From a bacterium (GTDB taxonomy: Bacteria > Cyanobacteriota > Vampirovibrionia > LMEP-6097): DNA of 64,000 nt. The notes under the pieces were generated by a model that made no database searches, was not told the DNA's origin, and saw only the letters and a list, made by a program, of their open reading frames with translations. A program made the position numbers and the translations under genes. Below are positions 22,158 to 32,173 of this stretch, piece by piece (position 1 is the stretch's first letter; every line of letters begins with the position of its first letter). Location: the NCBI GenBank assembly GCA_038146805.1, contig JAYQSH010000002.1, positions 26,373 to 90,372 on the forward strand. The letters run 5' to 3'.

Positions 22158-22319
22158 AATATAGACACTACTTGCAGTAATTGAAAAAATCGCACAAACG
22201 ATGAAAACATCAACAAAAGCTTCACGAGTAAAATTAAATGAAAAAAATAGTGGGGCAAATATAAAGAGGTTCTTTATATATTCTTTAGGTCGCAAAACTT
22301 TTACAAAAGCTAAATTCAC
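22158..22319 (-). pseudogene. N-terminal remnant of a UbiA-family (decaprenyl-phosphate phosphoribosyltransferase-like) prenyltransferase
   Basis: VLRPKEYIKNLFIFAPLFFS...ASSVYI matches the family N-terminus, and similarity stops where the ND..D motif should begin. Confidence 0.7.
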
Positions 22320-22396
22320 TATTTAATTTTAATATATTTTCAAAAAAACCTTGATATTGCTCTATTATTTAGGCTAATGCTAAGATACATATTTGT

Positions 22397-22843
22397 ATGG
22401 CAATAGAAAATTTACAAAATGAAAGCACAAAAAACCTTAGTTTGCTTGGATCAACTACCACTGCATATCCAAGCAACCCTGCTGAGGCAAAACTCGAAGC
22501 TATTCCCAATCTTTTTCAAGAAAATCATTATATGGTTAATCTCGATTGTCATGAATTTACCTGTCTTTGTCCGAAGACGGGTCAACCAGATTTTGCCAAG
22601 ATTTATATTAGTTATTTGCCAGATGAATTTTTAGTGGAATCAAAATCTTTAAAGTTATATCTTTTTGCTTATCGTAATGAAGGAATTTTTCATGAATTTG
22701 TTATTAATAAAATCGCAACTGATTTACAAAAAATTTTAAAAGCCAAATACATTAAAGTTGTAGGTGATTTTAGCCCGCGTGGTGGTATTGCAATAAAGCC
22801 TGTTGTTGAGCTTGGTGATAAGAGTTTAGCTAGCGATGGATAA
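22397..22843 (+). CDS. queF: NADPH-dependent 7-cyano-7-deazaguanine reductase (type I)
   Basis: EFTCLCPKTGQPDFA, ESKSLKLYL, FHE, FSPRGGI. Confidence 0.96.
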   Translation: MAIENLQNESTKNLSLLGSTTTAYPSNPAEAKLEAIPNLFQENHYMVNLDCHEFTCLCPKTGQPDFAKIYISYLPDEFLVESKSLKLYLFAYRNEGIFHEFVINKIATDLQKILKAKYIKVVGDFSPRGGIAIKPVVELGDKSLASDG

Positions 22844-23558
22844 TTTAGATATTAAAAAAGCCTTAGTTATTTTTTCTGGTGGTCAAGACAGTACCACTTG
22901 TTTGTTTTGGGCAATAAAAAAATTTGGCAAAGAAAACATCAAAACTATTAGTTTTGATTACGGTCAAAAACATGATATCGAGCTTGAGTCTGCAAAAAAG
23001 ATTTGTGAATTAACGGGAGTTGATTTTGATAAAGTCGAGATTAAGGATATTTTACGTTCTGCAAGCCCGCTTGTTGACAGCAAAGTAGAAATGGATCTCT
23101 ACAATTCTTGTGCTGAGTTTAAGCCCGGCGTGCAAAAAACCTTTGTGCCCGGAAGAAATATTTTGTTTTTAACTATTGCCGCAAATCTTGCATATCATCA
23201 CGGGGCAAAAAATATCGTAATGGGAGTGTGTCAAGAAGATTTTGGTGGTTATTATGATTGCCGCGAGCAATTTATAACAGAAATGCAAAAAGCTTTAAAC
23301 CAAGGTCTATTTGGTTTTGATGAGGGCTTACAAGTTTATACACCTTTAATGTATTTAAATAAAAAAGAAGCTGTTGAGCTTGCAATGGAATTAGGTGAAG
23401 ATTGTCTTGAAGCACTTGCTTATTCTCATACTTGTTATGAAGCTAAGTTTCCTCCTTGCGGCAAATGTCACTCTTGTTTGCTTCGCGAGCGTGGCTTTAA
23501 AGAAGCTGGTTTAAAAGATCCACTTGTAAAAAGGAGCTTAGCTTATGCTCTTAGTTAA
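22836..23558 (+). CDS. queC: 7-cyano-7-deazaguanine synthase
   Basis: FSGGQDSTTCL, FDYGQKH, FVPGRN, YYDCR, Zn ligands TCY..PCGKCHSCLLR. Confidence 0.96.
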   Translation: MDNLDIKKALVIFSGGQDSTTCLFWAIKKFGKENIKTISFDYGQKHDIELESAKKICELTGVDFDKVEIKDILRSASPLVDSKVEMDLYNSCAEFKPGVQKTFVPGRNILFLTIAANLAYHHGAKNIVMGVCQEDFGGYYDCREQFITEMQKALNQGLFGFDEGLQVYTPLMYLNKKEAVELAMELGEDCLEALAYSHTCYEAKFPPCGKCHSCLLRERGFKEAGLKDPLVKRSLAYALS

Positions 23559-24264
23559 CAAAAGTCAAGAAAACAAAGAAGCTTGCTCTACATTAGAAAT
23601 TTTTTCAACAGTTCAAGGTGAGGGGCTTGATTCTGGTGTACCGGCGATTTTTGTAAGGTTTCAAGGTTGTCAGGTGCATTGTTTTTTTTGTGATGAAAAA
23701 GATACTTGGCTAAAATCTGCAAATAATGCAGAACAAATTGAAGAAGATAAAATTTTATTTGCCATTAAAGCATTAAACAAAAACATCAAACGTGTAGTTT
23801 TAACTGGCGGTGAACCTACTGAACAGAGCTTAAAAAATTTGGTTAATTTATTGATTGCTAATGGCTATATAGTAAGCATAGAAACAGCCGCTACTGGTGA
23901 GTATCTTTCTGAGCTTTTTCAAGATTATCCTTTGGTGCAAGATGGCACTGCATCGTCATTTAAAAAAGTTTTTAATTTTACTTTTAGTCCCAAAGAAATT
24001 TATTCTCGCACCAAGATTGCCGATGAGCGTATTTGGCAGGAGTGTGATGAATTAAAGTTTGTAGTGGCAAATTCTGATGCCAAGGCATATTTATTTGAAA
24101 AAATCTTAGTGAAACTCAAAGCCTACAACAATAATTGTCCAGTTTATTTAACGCCAGATTGGTTTAATTTTGAAGTCAGTAAAGAAATGATTTTAAAGAT
24201 TTTAGCTGAGAATATAAGCAAATACCCTCAATTACGCTTGGGGATTCAAGGTCATATAGTAATT
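23545..24264 (+). CDS. queE: 7-carboxy-7-deazaguanine synthase (radical SAM), read through in frame into an unrelated downstream domain
   Basis: EIFSTVQGEG, VRFQGCQVHCFFCDE, LTGGEP, SIET, SPK, LRLGIQGH. No stop codon follows. Confidence 0.88.
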
Positions 24265-25530
24265 ATGTCTATTGAACAAGCACAAGCAAGGTTATATAAC
24301 GGACTACGAAATCTTAGTCCTGATATAGATGATAAGCAGGCTGATCAGATCTCAAGAGAATTTTTCTCTGGATTTATGGATAATGTAGTTAGACTAGACA
24401 AAGAAGATCCTCCTAATTTATTTAAAGTTGCAGATGCTGGTATTGAATATGCTAGAGGCTTGTTTGAACTTAAAAATCGTGGTGCTCTTGAAAATCAATC
24501 AGATATTATGGAGCTTCGAAGAGATGTCGCTGGTACAACTTTATATGAAGCAAATGCTACTTTGCATGCAAGTGCTTTTGATGCTATCGATAGTCTTATC
24601 CAGGATTCAAGTACCGAATCAACAGAAAATTTTGATACTCGAGATACTAAATTAAAAGAAGCTTTTGAACCAGTTATTATGCACTTAAGTGAAAAGCCTG
24701 ATGATTTCCAAGAGCTATTAAAGCTTTTTGATAATTTAGTAGGTGACCAAGCTGTCAGCTTCAGCACTAAAGATCTAGATGATGTTAAAACAGGCTTGTC
24801 TAAAGCTTTGGCTGATGGTGATATTAATGAGGTTTCAAAATTCTTAGATTCTATTAATAATGCTGGTGTTAAATTCTATTTGTCTCAGTATATGAAGACA
24901 ACTGCAATGCCTTTGATTGCTGCTGAGCACGGAGCAAAAGTTGCTTTGCAAACTGATAAATCTATTCAAGGACAATTAAGAACTGGTATCAATATAGCTT
25001 TAGGCTTTGAAGGATTAATCCCAGAAAGATCAGAAGCTCCTAATAGAGAAGAACTTGCTGTAATTCAAGAAAAAAGAGACTATATTGCTGATGCTTTAAT
25101 TGGTCTAGCTTCTGATGCTCAACGGTACAGTGCACAAATTCCTAATTTTAAAACTGAACAATTTATTGCTCAAGGTATAGCTGACCTTAAAGGTAGAATT
25201 GACGAACAATTTGGTGAAGGTGTTTCTTTGTATAAAGATGATTTAAAACTTGTTGCTGATCACTTAGAGGCTACAAAAGATATTTCTCAAGAAGAACAAA
25301 AAGCAAGTTTATCTAGTTTCTTAAATGATTACGGTAAGTTTATAGCACCTATAGCAGTCTTTATGTTAGGTCCTGTAATTTCAGGTTTAAGTATGATCCC
25401 TATTCTTGGTAAGCCATTAGCAAGGCTCACTGCACCACTTTTAAATAATGTTGAAAAATTTGCACCAGTTGCAGTTGGTTTATTAGCTGCTAATGCAGGT
25501 AATAAAGCTCCACGGGAAGCTGCTGCATAA
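24265..25530 (+). CDS. Hypothetical helical protein with C-terminal hydrophobic hairpin, in frame with queE
   Basis: An internal ATG (MSIEQAQARL) falls where QueE similarity ends; the architecture resembles the next gene. Confidence 0.6.
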   Translation: MSIEQAQARLYNGLRNLSPDIDDKQADQISREFFSGFMDNVVRLDKEDPPNLFKVADAGIEYARGLFELKNRGALENQSDIMELRRDVAGTTLYEANATLHASAFDAIDSLIQDSSTESTENFDTRDTKLKEAFEPVIMHLSEKPDDFQELLKLFDNLVGDQAVSFSTKDLDDVKTGLSKALADGDINEVSKFLDSINNAGVKFYLSQYMKTTAMPLIAAEHGAKVALQTDKSIQGQLRTGINIALGFEGLIPERSEAPNREELAVIQEKRDYIADALIGLASDAQRYSAQIPNFKTEQFIAQGIADLKGRIDEQFGEGVSLYKDDLKLVADHLEATKDISQEEQKASLSSFLNDYGKFIAPIAVFMLGPVISGLSMIPILGKPLARLTAPLLNNVEKFAPVAVGLLAANAGNKAPREAAA

Positions 25531-25580
25531 TTAATAATCCTTATCAAATTTAAACAGTCTTTAACGTTGTACAGGTAGCT

Positions 25581-26708
25581 ATGTCTACAGAAGTAACTAC
25601 TCCAGCGCCTAATAAGCTACGAAATTATCTTCAATCTCTATTGGAAAGAGTTTCTTCTGATGGAGTGAATTTGACTAAACAAGAAGTTTCTCTTCTTTCA
25701 GCTCACTTAGATAATTTGATTCGATTTGGAGTAGAAGATGCCTCTGGGACTTTTATTAAGGCTGATGCTGTTGAAGTGAAAGTTGCTTTAACTAACTTAG
25801 CTAGAACTAATGCTGGTATGCAGCAGAGTTTACAAAGGCTAGCTCAAGAAAAATATAATTTGCATGTTCATCATGCAGACGCAAGAATCCCAGAACAATT
25901 TGCCCGTCATTGTAATTCTCTAAATGAAGTTTGTTCACTAATTGACGATGCAGTATCTGGTACTACTGCTGAAACTCCAGCAGATTATTCAAAGCGAGAG
26001 GTAGAGTATAAGTTTTATTTAAAATTACATGATATTGGTCAAGAAATAGAAGATTTAACTGGTCAAGAAAAATTAGAAAAATTTAGAGAGCTTACCAGTG
26101 AAGCGGCTTTAGAAATTGGTAAAGAGTATGGTCCAACGGCTTTAGAGAATTTATCAAATTCTATAAAAGACAGCTCTGCTATTGCATTTGCTTATAGTAG
26201 AACAGGTGGCTCTGGTTTACCTGATCTTGGTTCAGAAGATGAGCTTAAATCTTATCAAAAACATATTTTAGAATTTAAAAATGGAGATTTTTCTTCATTT
26301 GGTGATACATATGCTATTCAGCAATCTAAATCGAGAGTAATTTCTTTAATAAATGAAATCGCTGATAACAAAGGACAAATAAAAGGCAATTTAGATTTAG
26401 AATTAAAAGCTAGTCGTTTGAGTGATGCAGAGAAAGCTTACTATAGTTATTTACAAGAAGGTGTTGAAGGTATTAAGCAAGTAGCTTCAAAGCCAGAGGA
26501 TCTTTTAAAATCTTTTACAGGAAGTTTACCTGATATGCTGGCACCAGCTTTAATCGGGGCGGTAGTTGGTTATTTAGTTGGTGGTATGGAAGTTGCATTT
26601 GGTATTGGTGCAGTTGCGGCAAACTTTATCATGCCTCATCTTAGTGGTGATGGTACAGCTTCTGCAAAACCAAAACCTCCAGAATTTACAAGACAGCAAG
26701 CAGCATGA
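25581..26708 (+). CDS. Hypothetical helical protein with C-terminal hydrophobic hairpin
   Basis: 375-aa ORF; LAPALIGAVVGYLVGGMEVAFGIGAVAANFIM near the C-terminus. Confidence 0.75.
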   Translation: MSTEVTTPAPNKLRNYLQSLLERVSSDGVNLTKQEVSLLSAHLDNLIRFGVEDASGTFIKADAVEVKVALTNLARTNAGMQQSLQRLAQEKYNLHVHHADARIPEQFARHCNSLNEVCSLIDDAVSGTTAETPADYSKREVEYKFYLKLHDIGQEIEDLTGQEKLEKFRELTSEAALEIGKEYGPTALENLSNSIKDSSAIAFAYSRTGGSGLPDLGSEDELKSYQKHILEFKNGDFSSFGDTYAIQQSKSRVISLINEIADNKGQIKGNLDLELKASRLSDAEKAYYSYLQEGVEGIKQVASKPEDLLKSFTGSLPDMLAPALIGAVVGYLVGGMEVAFGIGAVAANFIMPHLSGDGTASAKPKPPEFTRQQAA

Positions 26709-26802
26709 GGTTTTCAGTAAAGGTTCCCGAAAGTTTCAAAAAAACCCGTTATTATTTTTGACTCATTGAGATTTTGCCTAAAATTTTTTTACTTTGCATA
26801 TA

Positions 26803-26831
26803 TTTACAAAAACCTGTTTTATCAATAATGT
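26803..26831 (+). promoter_or_regulatory. Candidate sigma70 promoter of the decayed paralog
   Basis: TTTACA-N17-TAATGT, 9 nt before GTG; same arrangement as 28679-28707. Confidence 0.5.
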
Positions 26832-26840
26832 AGATATTAC

Positions 26841-27612
26841 GTGGCAATTAACGTAACATTTAATAATATATCTCAAGTGAATTCAGAAATTCTGAAAGCT
26901 TTTAATTCTGCTAAAGCAGATGGAGCTACTTTACAAGCGATGCTCAATTTATTATCTGCAAAGATGATTTAATGAAATAAGTATGTATATACAAGTAAGA
27001 CTCAAGCTGAAGATGTTAAAGCGAAAGTTCAGAAAAACTTCAAGACAAAGATAGAGAAAAGCAAGAACAAAATAAGAAAGAAGAATTTAGCAAAAAGAAA
27101 GGTGAAAATGAAGAAAAACAAGCAATTGAAAAACTTGTTGATGCTGTTATTACTTATTTTGAAGAAATTAGAGATGACTTTATTGAGAAGCACAAAAGTT
27201 TTATTGCTGTAGTATCACTCAAAAATATCCAAAAAGCTTTTAGTGAAGGTGTAGATTTATTGCGCCGTTACACTCTAGAAGCTCCAGTTGAGCTTTTTAA
27301 TGAGTATGTAGTTGAGCCTATTAATGATTTCCGTGAAAACTTAAAGATTTAATCGATAACTCAGTCAAAAATAAAGTCCGTCAAATTTCAAGTAAGTCTT
27401 TTTCTTCTACTGATATCAAATCAATGCTTAACAAGTCTTTTGTAAAAAATAGAGTTACTAAGCCTGAAAGTAACAAAGTACTTGATGAAGAGAAGCTCAA
27501 GTCTAGTGTTGATGTAATGAATAAGTCAGTTATTCTTAAAAAGAAAATCAAGAGCAGGAAGAGACTTAAGGTTCACTCTGCTGAAGATATCAAGTTAGCT
27601 TTACATAGGTAG
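26841..27612 (+). pseudogene. Decayed paralog of the 28717-29661 gene
   Basis: Starts MAINVTFNNISQVNSEILKAFNS and ends SAEDIKLALHR. It has an internal deletion, tandem TAA-TGA at the paralog's EQ codons, and frameshifts. Confidence 0.9.
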
Positions 27613-27618
27613 CTTTAA

Positions 27619-28565
27619 ATGAAGCTCAATACTTTTTCTAAAACGTATTATTGCTTTTAATACCACTACTTGTTATTGGTTCAATATTCTTTTATAAAAC
27701 AAAAAAAGAAAAGACAAAAAAACAGAGTATTTTTATTTAGAAGCGATTGATCGCTGGAATAAAGGTCATAAATCAAAAGCAGAACAATTTTATTGCTTCA
27801 GCGATAAAAAATAATGATCTTGCTGAGTATAACTATATTGCTTATAAATTTCTTGCTTATCAAAACAAAAAGACTTTATCTCATTCCTATATTAAAAGAG
27901 CAGCTGACTTAGATGAAATTAATCCTCTCTATCAATATAAAGCTGCAATTTATGCTGCAACAGAAGACTATAAAGTTTCATTAGATTATATAGAAGATGC
28001 TTTAAAACAAGATCCTAAGAATTGTCTTTATTTGAGCCACGAGGCAAGTATGTTGATGCGCTTAGATAAAGACAAAGAAGCAATGAATAGTTTTCGTGAA
28101 TGTTTGAAAAATGATCCTGCTTACGAGATGGTTTGGAATAACCTTGCTTTTCACAGTAGAAGGCTTGATGGTCACCAAAAAGCAATTGAAGTAATGCAAG
28201 AAGCAGTCACAGGAAATCCAGATTCTGCTTATCTTTGGTATCAAAAGGCTCTATATGAAAAAGAGCCTGATTTAATTGATGAAGCTGTTATAAGCCTTGA
28301 GACTTCTATTGATGTTAAGCCAGAACTTGGGAAACAGGCAGCCAAGCTTATACATAAACTAACTGGTAGAAACTATCAGGGTAAATACAAAGCAATAGTC
28401 AAAGGTTTAATGCAAGAATTGCCATTTAAATTGCAAGGCAATCATGTTTACTTGTAAACAAAAATTAGGGATAAAGCTGGATGGTTTTTACTTGATACTG
28501 GTGCAAGTACAATAATTATTTATGAAAGGTTTTTAAGAATTAATAAACTGAAATTGGCTCCTTAA
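27619..28565 (+). pseudogene. Disrupted TPR-repeat protein with a C-terminal retropepsin-like aspartic protease domain
   Basis: TPR-like helices in 27747-28457, a frameshifted hydrophobic N-terminus from ATG 27619, and in-frame GWFLLDTGAST after the TAA at 28455-28457. Confidence 0.7.
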
Positions 28566-28678
28566 TTTAAAAACACTGCTACACCTACTACTAATGCCGC
28601 ATAAAAAGTTCCCTTGTTTTTGAAATTTTTTGTTCTTATCTTCGTTTTGAGTATAAATTTTTTTTTACTTTAAATCTG

Positions 28679-28707
28679 TTTACAAAAAACGCTTTTATAC
28701 ATAATCT
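28679..28707 (+). promoter_or_regulatory. Candidate sigma70 promoter
   Basis: TTTACA-N17-TAATCT, 9 nt before GTG 28717; conserved in the paralog. Confidence 0.5.
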
Positions 28708-28716
28708 ATTAGTTAC

Positions 28717-29661
28717 GTGGCTATAAATGTAACTTTTAGTAATATCTCTCAAGCGAATTCAGAAATTCTGAAAGCTTTTAATTCTAATACTTCGGCAAAA
28801 GCGCTTGAGGCTTATCAACCTTTGACAAGCAAACAAAGAAAGCTTGAGAAGTTACGTGCTTTGCAAATTCTCAAAAAAAGTTCTGATTCGGCTACTTTAG
28901 CTGATATTTCACTTGAAACTGATTCTCTTGCTGTTGCACTAAAAAACGCTGAAGGAGCGACTTTGCAGGCAATGCTTAATTTGCTGAGTGCAAAAATGAT
29001 AGAGCAAAATAAATATATTTATAGCTCAAAAAACCAAGCTGAGGATATTAAAGCAAAAGTTAAACAAAAACTTGAAGAAAGACAAGAGCAACAACAAGGT
29101 AATAAAAAACAACAAGAGCAAGAGCAACAAGAGCCAGAAGAAAATGCTATCGATAAACTTGTTAATGCTGTTGTTACTTATTTTGAAGAAATTAGAGATG
29201 ATTTTATTGAAAAATATAAAAAGTTTTTGGATGCAGTTTCGCTGGAAAATCTACAAAAAGCTTTTAAAGATGGTGTTGATTTAGTTCGCCGTTATACCCT
29301 TGAGGCTCCAGTAGAGCTTTTTAATGAGTATGTAGTTGAGCCAATAAATGACTTTAGAGAAAATTTACAAAAACTCATTGAAAATTCTTTGCAAACAAAA
29401 GTAAAAACTGTTTCTAGTAAAACCTTTAGTGCAAATGATATTAAGTCGATGCTAAATAAGTCTTTTGTACAAAAACCTAGTGTCGCTCAAAGAAAAACTG
29501 TTGTACAAAAAGCAAAACATGGATTTGCTGTTGATAATGCAAAACTGGAATCTTCAATTGATACTATGAGTAATTCTTTGATTCTCAAAAAGAAAATTAA
29601 ATCAAGAAAACACCTTAAAGTTTATTCGGCTGATGAACTCAGACTTGCTCTACACTCTTAA
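28717..29661 (+). CDS. Hypothetical coiled-coil protein (intact paralog)
   Basis: 314-aa ORF with a Gln/Glu-rich middle and Lys-rich C-terminus. Confidence 0.75.
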   Translation: MAINVTFSNISQANSEILKAFNSNTSAKALEAYQPLTSKQRKLEKLRALQILKKSSDSATLADISLETDSLAVALKNAEGATLQAMLNLLSAKMIEQNKYIYSSKNQAEDIKAKVKQKLEERQEQQQGNKKQQEQEQQEPEENAIDKLVNAVVTYFEEIRDDFIEKYKKFLDAVSLENLQKAFKDGVDLVRRYTLEAPVELFNEYVVEPINDFRENLQKLIENSLQTKVKTVSSKTFSANDIKSMLNKSFVQKPSVAQRKTVVQKAKHGFAVDNAKLESSIDTMSNSLILKKKIKSRKHLKVYSADELRLALHS

Positions 29662-29662
29662 T

Positions 29663-29695
29663 TAAGACACTCCGGACCGTGTCATTTTTGTCTCA
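29663..29695 (+). repeat. Dispersed copy of the AGACAC(T/C)CGGACCGTGT REP-like unit
   Basis: TAAGACACTCCGGACCGTGTCATTTTTGTCTCA directly after a stop codon. Confidence 0.8.
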
Positions 29696-29849
29696 TCTCT
29701 TATTTTAAGCTAGGGTTGATTAAATTTCAGTGTTTGTTTTAAATCGCTAGAGCTAGAATTAGTAGTCTTAAGCATCCACTCAAAAATATGACTGTGCAGG
29801 CTTTTCAAGTTGGATTTTTTTGTTATCACTGTTTAATAATATATATCAA

Positions 29850-29886
29850 ATAAGAGCAAAAACTGTGGTCTTCGTGCCTGGCACAA
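29850..29886 (+). repeat. 37-bp dispersed repeat with a GTGCC-T-GGCAC palindrome (copy 1)
   Basis: ATAAGAGCAAAAACTGTGGTCTTCGTGCCTGGCACAA; one mismatch to 35270-35306. Confidence 0.8.
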
Positions 29887-29889
29887 TGA

Positions 29890-30621
29890 TTACATGTATT
29901 TTTGTAAATTATACTTTGAATTTATTAATGCCAGTCTTAAGCCATTGATGCCATCTAAAAAGCCAAGACGAATAAAACATTTAAAACAAAAAACATACGC
30001 CGCACTCAAGAGAGCTTTGAATAGATTTTTCTTTTTGCTACTTAATTTGGCATATTTTAAAAAACTATTTTCTAATTCCTCAATATTTCTATAGGCATAA
30101 TGTAAAATCGGGTTTTTAAACTTAAATAAACCAATACGATTTTTATCGTATTCACCTTTGTCATTTTTCAGTTCAACACTTTCATGTACAGCACTATGAC
30201 AAAAACGTCCTTGTGATTTTTGAAATAATCTAAGTTGATAGTCAGGATAAAATCCACCAAAGTTTATTTTTTGTTTGCCAATAAATAATTTGCGCGCAAA
30301 TAAATACGCTTTTGCTTGATTCTTTAAATCTATTGCTTGAATTTCATTAATTAGTTCGTCTGATAAAATCTCATCTGCGTCAAGGTTTAAGACCCATTCG
30401 TAAGAACATTTTTCTAAGGCGATGTTTTTTTGTTTGCCAAAACCAAGCCAATCTTGATGAAAAACTTTATCGGTATATTTTTTGCAAATTTCAATAGTTT
30501 GGTCGGTGCTACCAGAATCAACTACAATAATTTCGTCAGCAAGCTTTCTTGCTTGTATTAAACAAGCTTCAATTTTTTCTTCTTCGTTTTTGCATATTAT
30601 AAATATTGAGATTTTTTGCAT
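29890..30621 (-). CDS. Glycosyltransferase family 2 (WaaE/KdtX-like beta-1,4-glucosyltransferase type)
   Basis: IICKNEEEKI, IIVVDSGSTDQT, WLGFGKQKN, WVLNLDADE, YPDYQLRLF, VHE. Confidence 0.88.
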   Translation of the reverse strand: MQKISIFIICKNEEEKIEACLIQARKLADEIIVVDSGSTDQTIEICKKYTDKVFHQDWLGFGKQKNIALEKCSYEWVLNLDADEILSDELINEIQAIDLKNQAKAYLFARKLFIGKQKINFGGFYPDYQLRLFQKSQGRFCHSAVHESVELKNDKGEYDKNRIGLFKFKNPILHYAYRNIEELENSFLKYAKLSSKKKNLFKALLSAAYVFCFKCFIRLGFLDGINGLRLALINSKYNLQKYM

Positions 30622-31173
30622 TTATTCTTCTAATAAATATAGCTTATGATCTTCAACTTTATATAGCATTGGTACAACTGTTGTATTTGGAAATTCACTT
30701 GCTAAGCGTTTTGCCTCTTTTACAACAAATTCTGATCCATCTTCAATAAAAAACTCTTTTGCATTTGTCTCAAAATATTGTTCTGAGTTTTCTTTGCTCC
30801 AGCCAAGTAATTCTTGAAAACCTTCGAGTGTTGCTTCTTTCTTTTTTGGCAGGTTGACCATACCACAATCAGTATGTGCAATCATTGCAATATGTTGTAC
30901 TTTTGCCGCACCAATTGCAAAAGACAAACCAAATTCATTGCCTTTAATACGAGCTCCCGGTGAGCGTACTATATAGGCGAAATTATTAGGTATATTAAGT
31001 TTTTTACGATTATCCATACACATAACTATTGCCATTTTGGCAGCAGTATAATCTTGCGCAGATTCTTTGGAGTTATTGTGAAACTCAAAGAGATCTTGGA
31101 TAGGTGTATTTTGTAAATTGCTCGGCAAGTCTTGAGCATGGTTAATAGCTATTTCTTTTATTTTAGTTGTCAT
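30622..31173 (-). CDS. Beta-class carbonic anhydrase
   Basis: Zn ligand motifs CMDNR and HTDCGM, plus VRSPGA. Confidence 0.88.
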   Translation of the reverse strand: MTTKIKEIAINHAQDLPSNLQNTPIQDLFEFHNNSKESAQDYTAAKMAIVMCMDNRKKLNIPNNFAYIVRSPGARIKGNEFGLSFAIGAAKVQHIAMIAHTDCGMVNLPKKKEATLEGFQELLGWSKENSEQYFETNAKEFFIEDGSEFVVKEAKRLASEFPNTTVVPMLYKVEDHKLYLLEE

Positions 31174-31243
31174 AATTTTAAAATTATAACATTGCTTTTC
31201 TTAATCCTTTTATAACCTGATTTTGTTACTAATTTATTAGCTT

Positions 31244-31426
31244 ATGACCTTGAAAAACAATGATTCTTCAGAAAATTTACTAGAACTTTTCGCCGAAGTT
31301 CAACAAATTTATTTTAAAACAAAAGATGATTTTGCCAATATGTCACAAGTTGAATTTGAAAGAGAGCTTCTTGAATTAGATAAGCACATAGAATGCAAAA
31401 TAGAAAGTTTAAAAAGAAAAAAATGA
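31244..31426 (+). CDS. Small hypothetical protein
   Basis: 60 aa; ATGA-coupled to the next ORF. Confidence 0.5.
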   Translation: MTLKNNDSSENLLELFAEVQQIYFKTKDDFANMSQVEFERELLELDKHIECKIESLKRKK

Positions 31427-32173
31427 AAAATCAATTTACCACAAAACTTAAAGATCACAATAAGTCAATTAAAAAACATGATGTTATAGAAAAACGTCTT
31501 TTTGATTTAGAGTCTAAATTAAAATTTGATCTTGATAAAGCACAAAAAGATATTTTTGATCTAAAAAAAGATTCTTCAAGAATTACAAATATTTTAAATG
31601 AAACTCGTGAAATACAAGAACTTGATTTTAATGATTGCAAAAAGAAAGATTTTAAAACTCAAGAAAAATTAGAAAAAAAACAAGAAAAGTTTGAAGAGAA
31701 GCAAGAAAAATATTATGAAAAGAAATATGAAAAAAATAAAGAACGAGATTGTGATTCTAATATCCATCCTTTAAGTGATTTGGTAACAAGGTCTGTTTCT
31801 CAGCAATATCAACAAGCTTGTGAAAGATTTCAAGTTGCAGATGAAAATTTTAGAGCTGTGAATAATTCAAGATCTTTTGAAGATGAGCTTGAGATGAGAG
31901 ATATCTTAGGTAGATCATGGCTTCAATTAGAAAATGAATCGGCAAAATTAAAAATCGAAATGCAAAATATATTGTTTACTGATTTGCAAAAGCTTACTGA
32001 AAAAAATAACAAAGAATACGAAGAGACCCTAAAAAAAGAAGAAGAAAAACAAAAAATATCATGATGAAATCAAAAAACAAGAAGAAAAAAACAAAAAATA
32101 TTTTGAGGAAATTCAAAAATTAGATAAGGAAAGACAAGAATATTATAAAAAACTAGTGAATATAGGTGGATGA
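31423..32173 (+). CDS. Hypothetical coiled-coil protein (frameshift near 32051; ORF as given ends 32064)
   Basis: Removing one A from the A6 run at 32051-32056 extends the frame to a TGA that overlaps the next ATG (ATGA at 32170). It shares a domain with the next gene. Confidence 0.6.
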
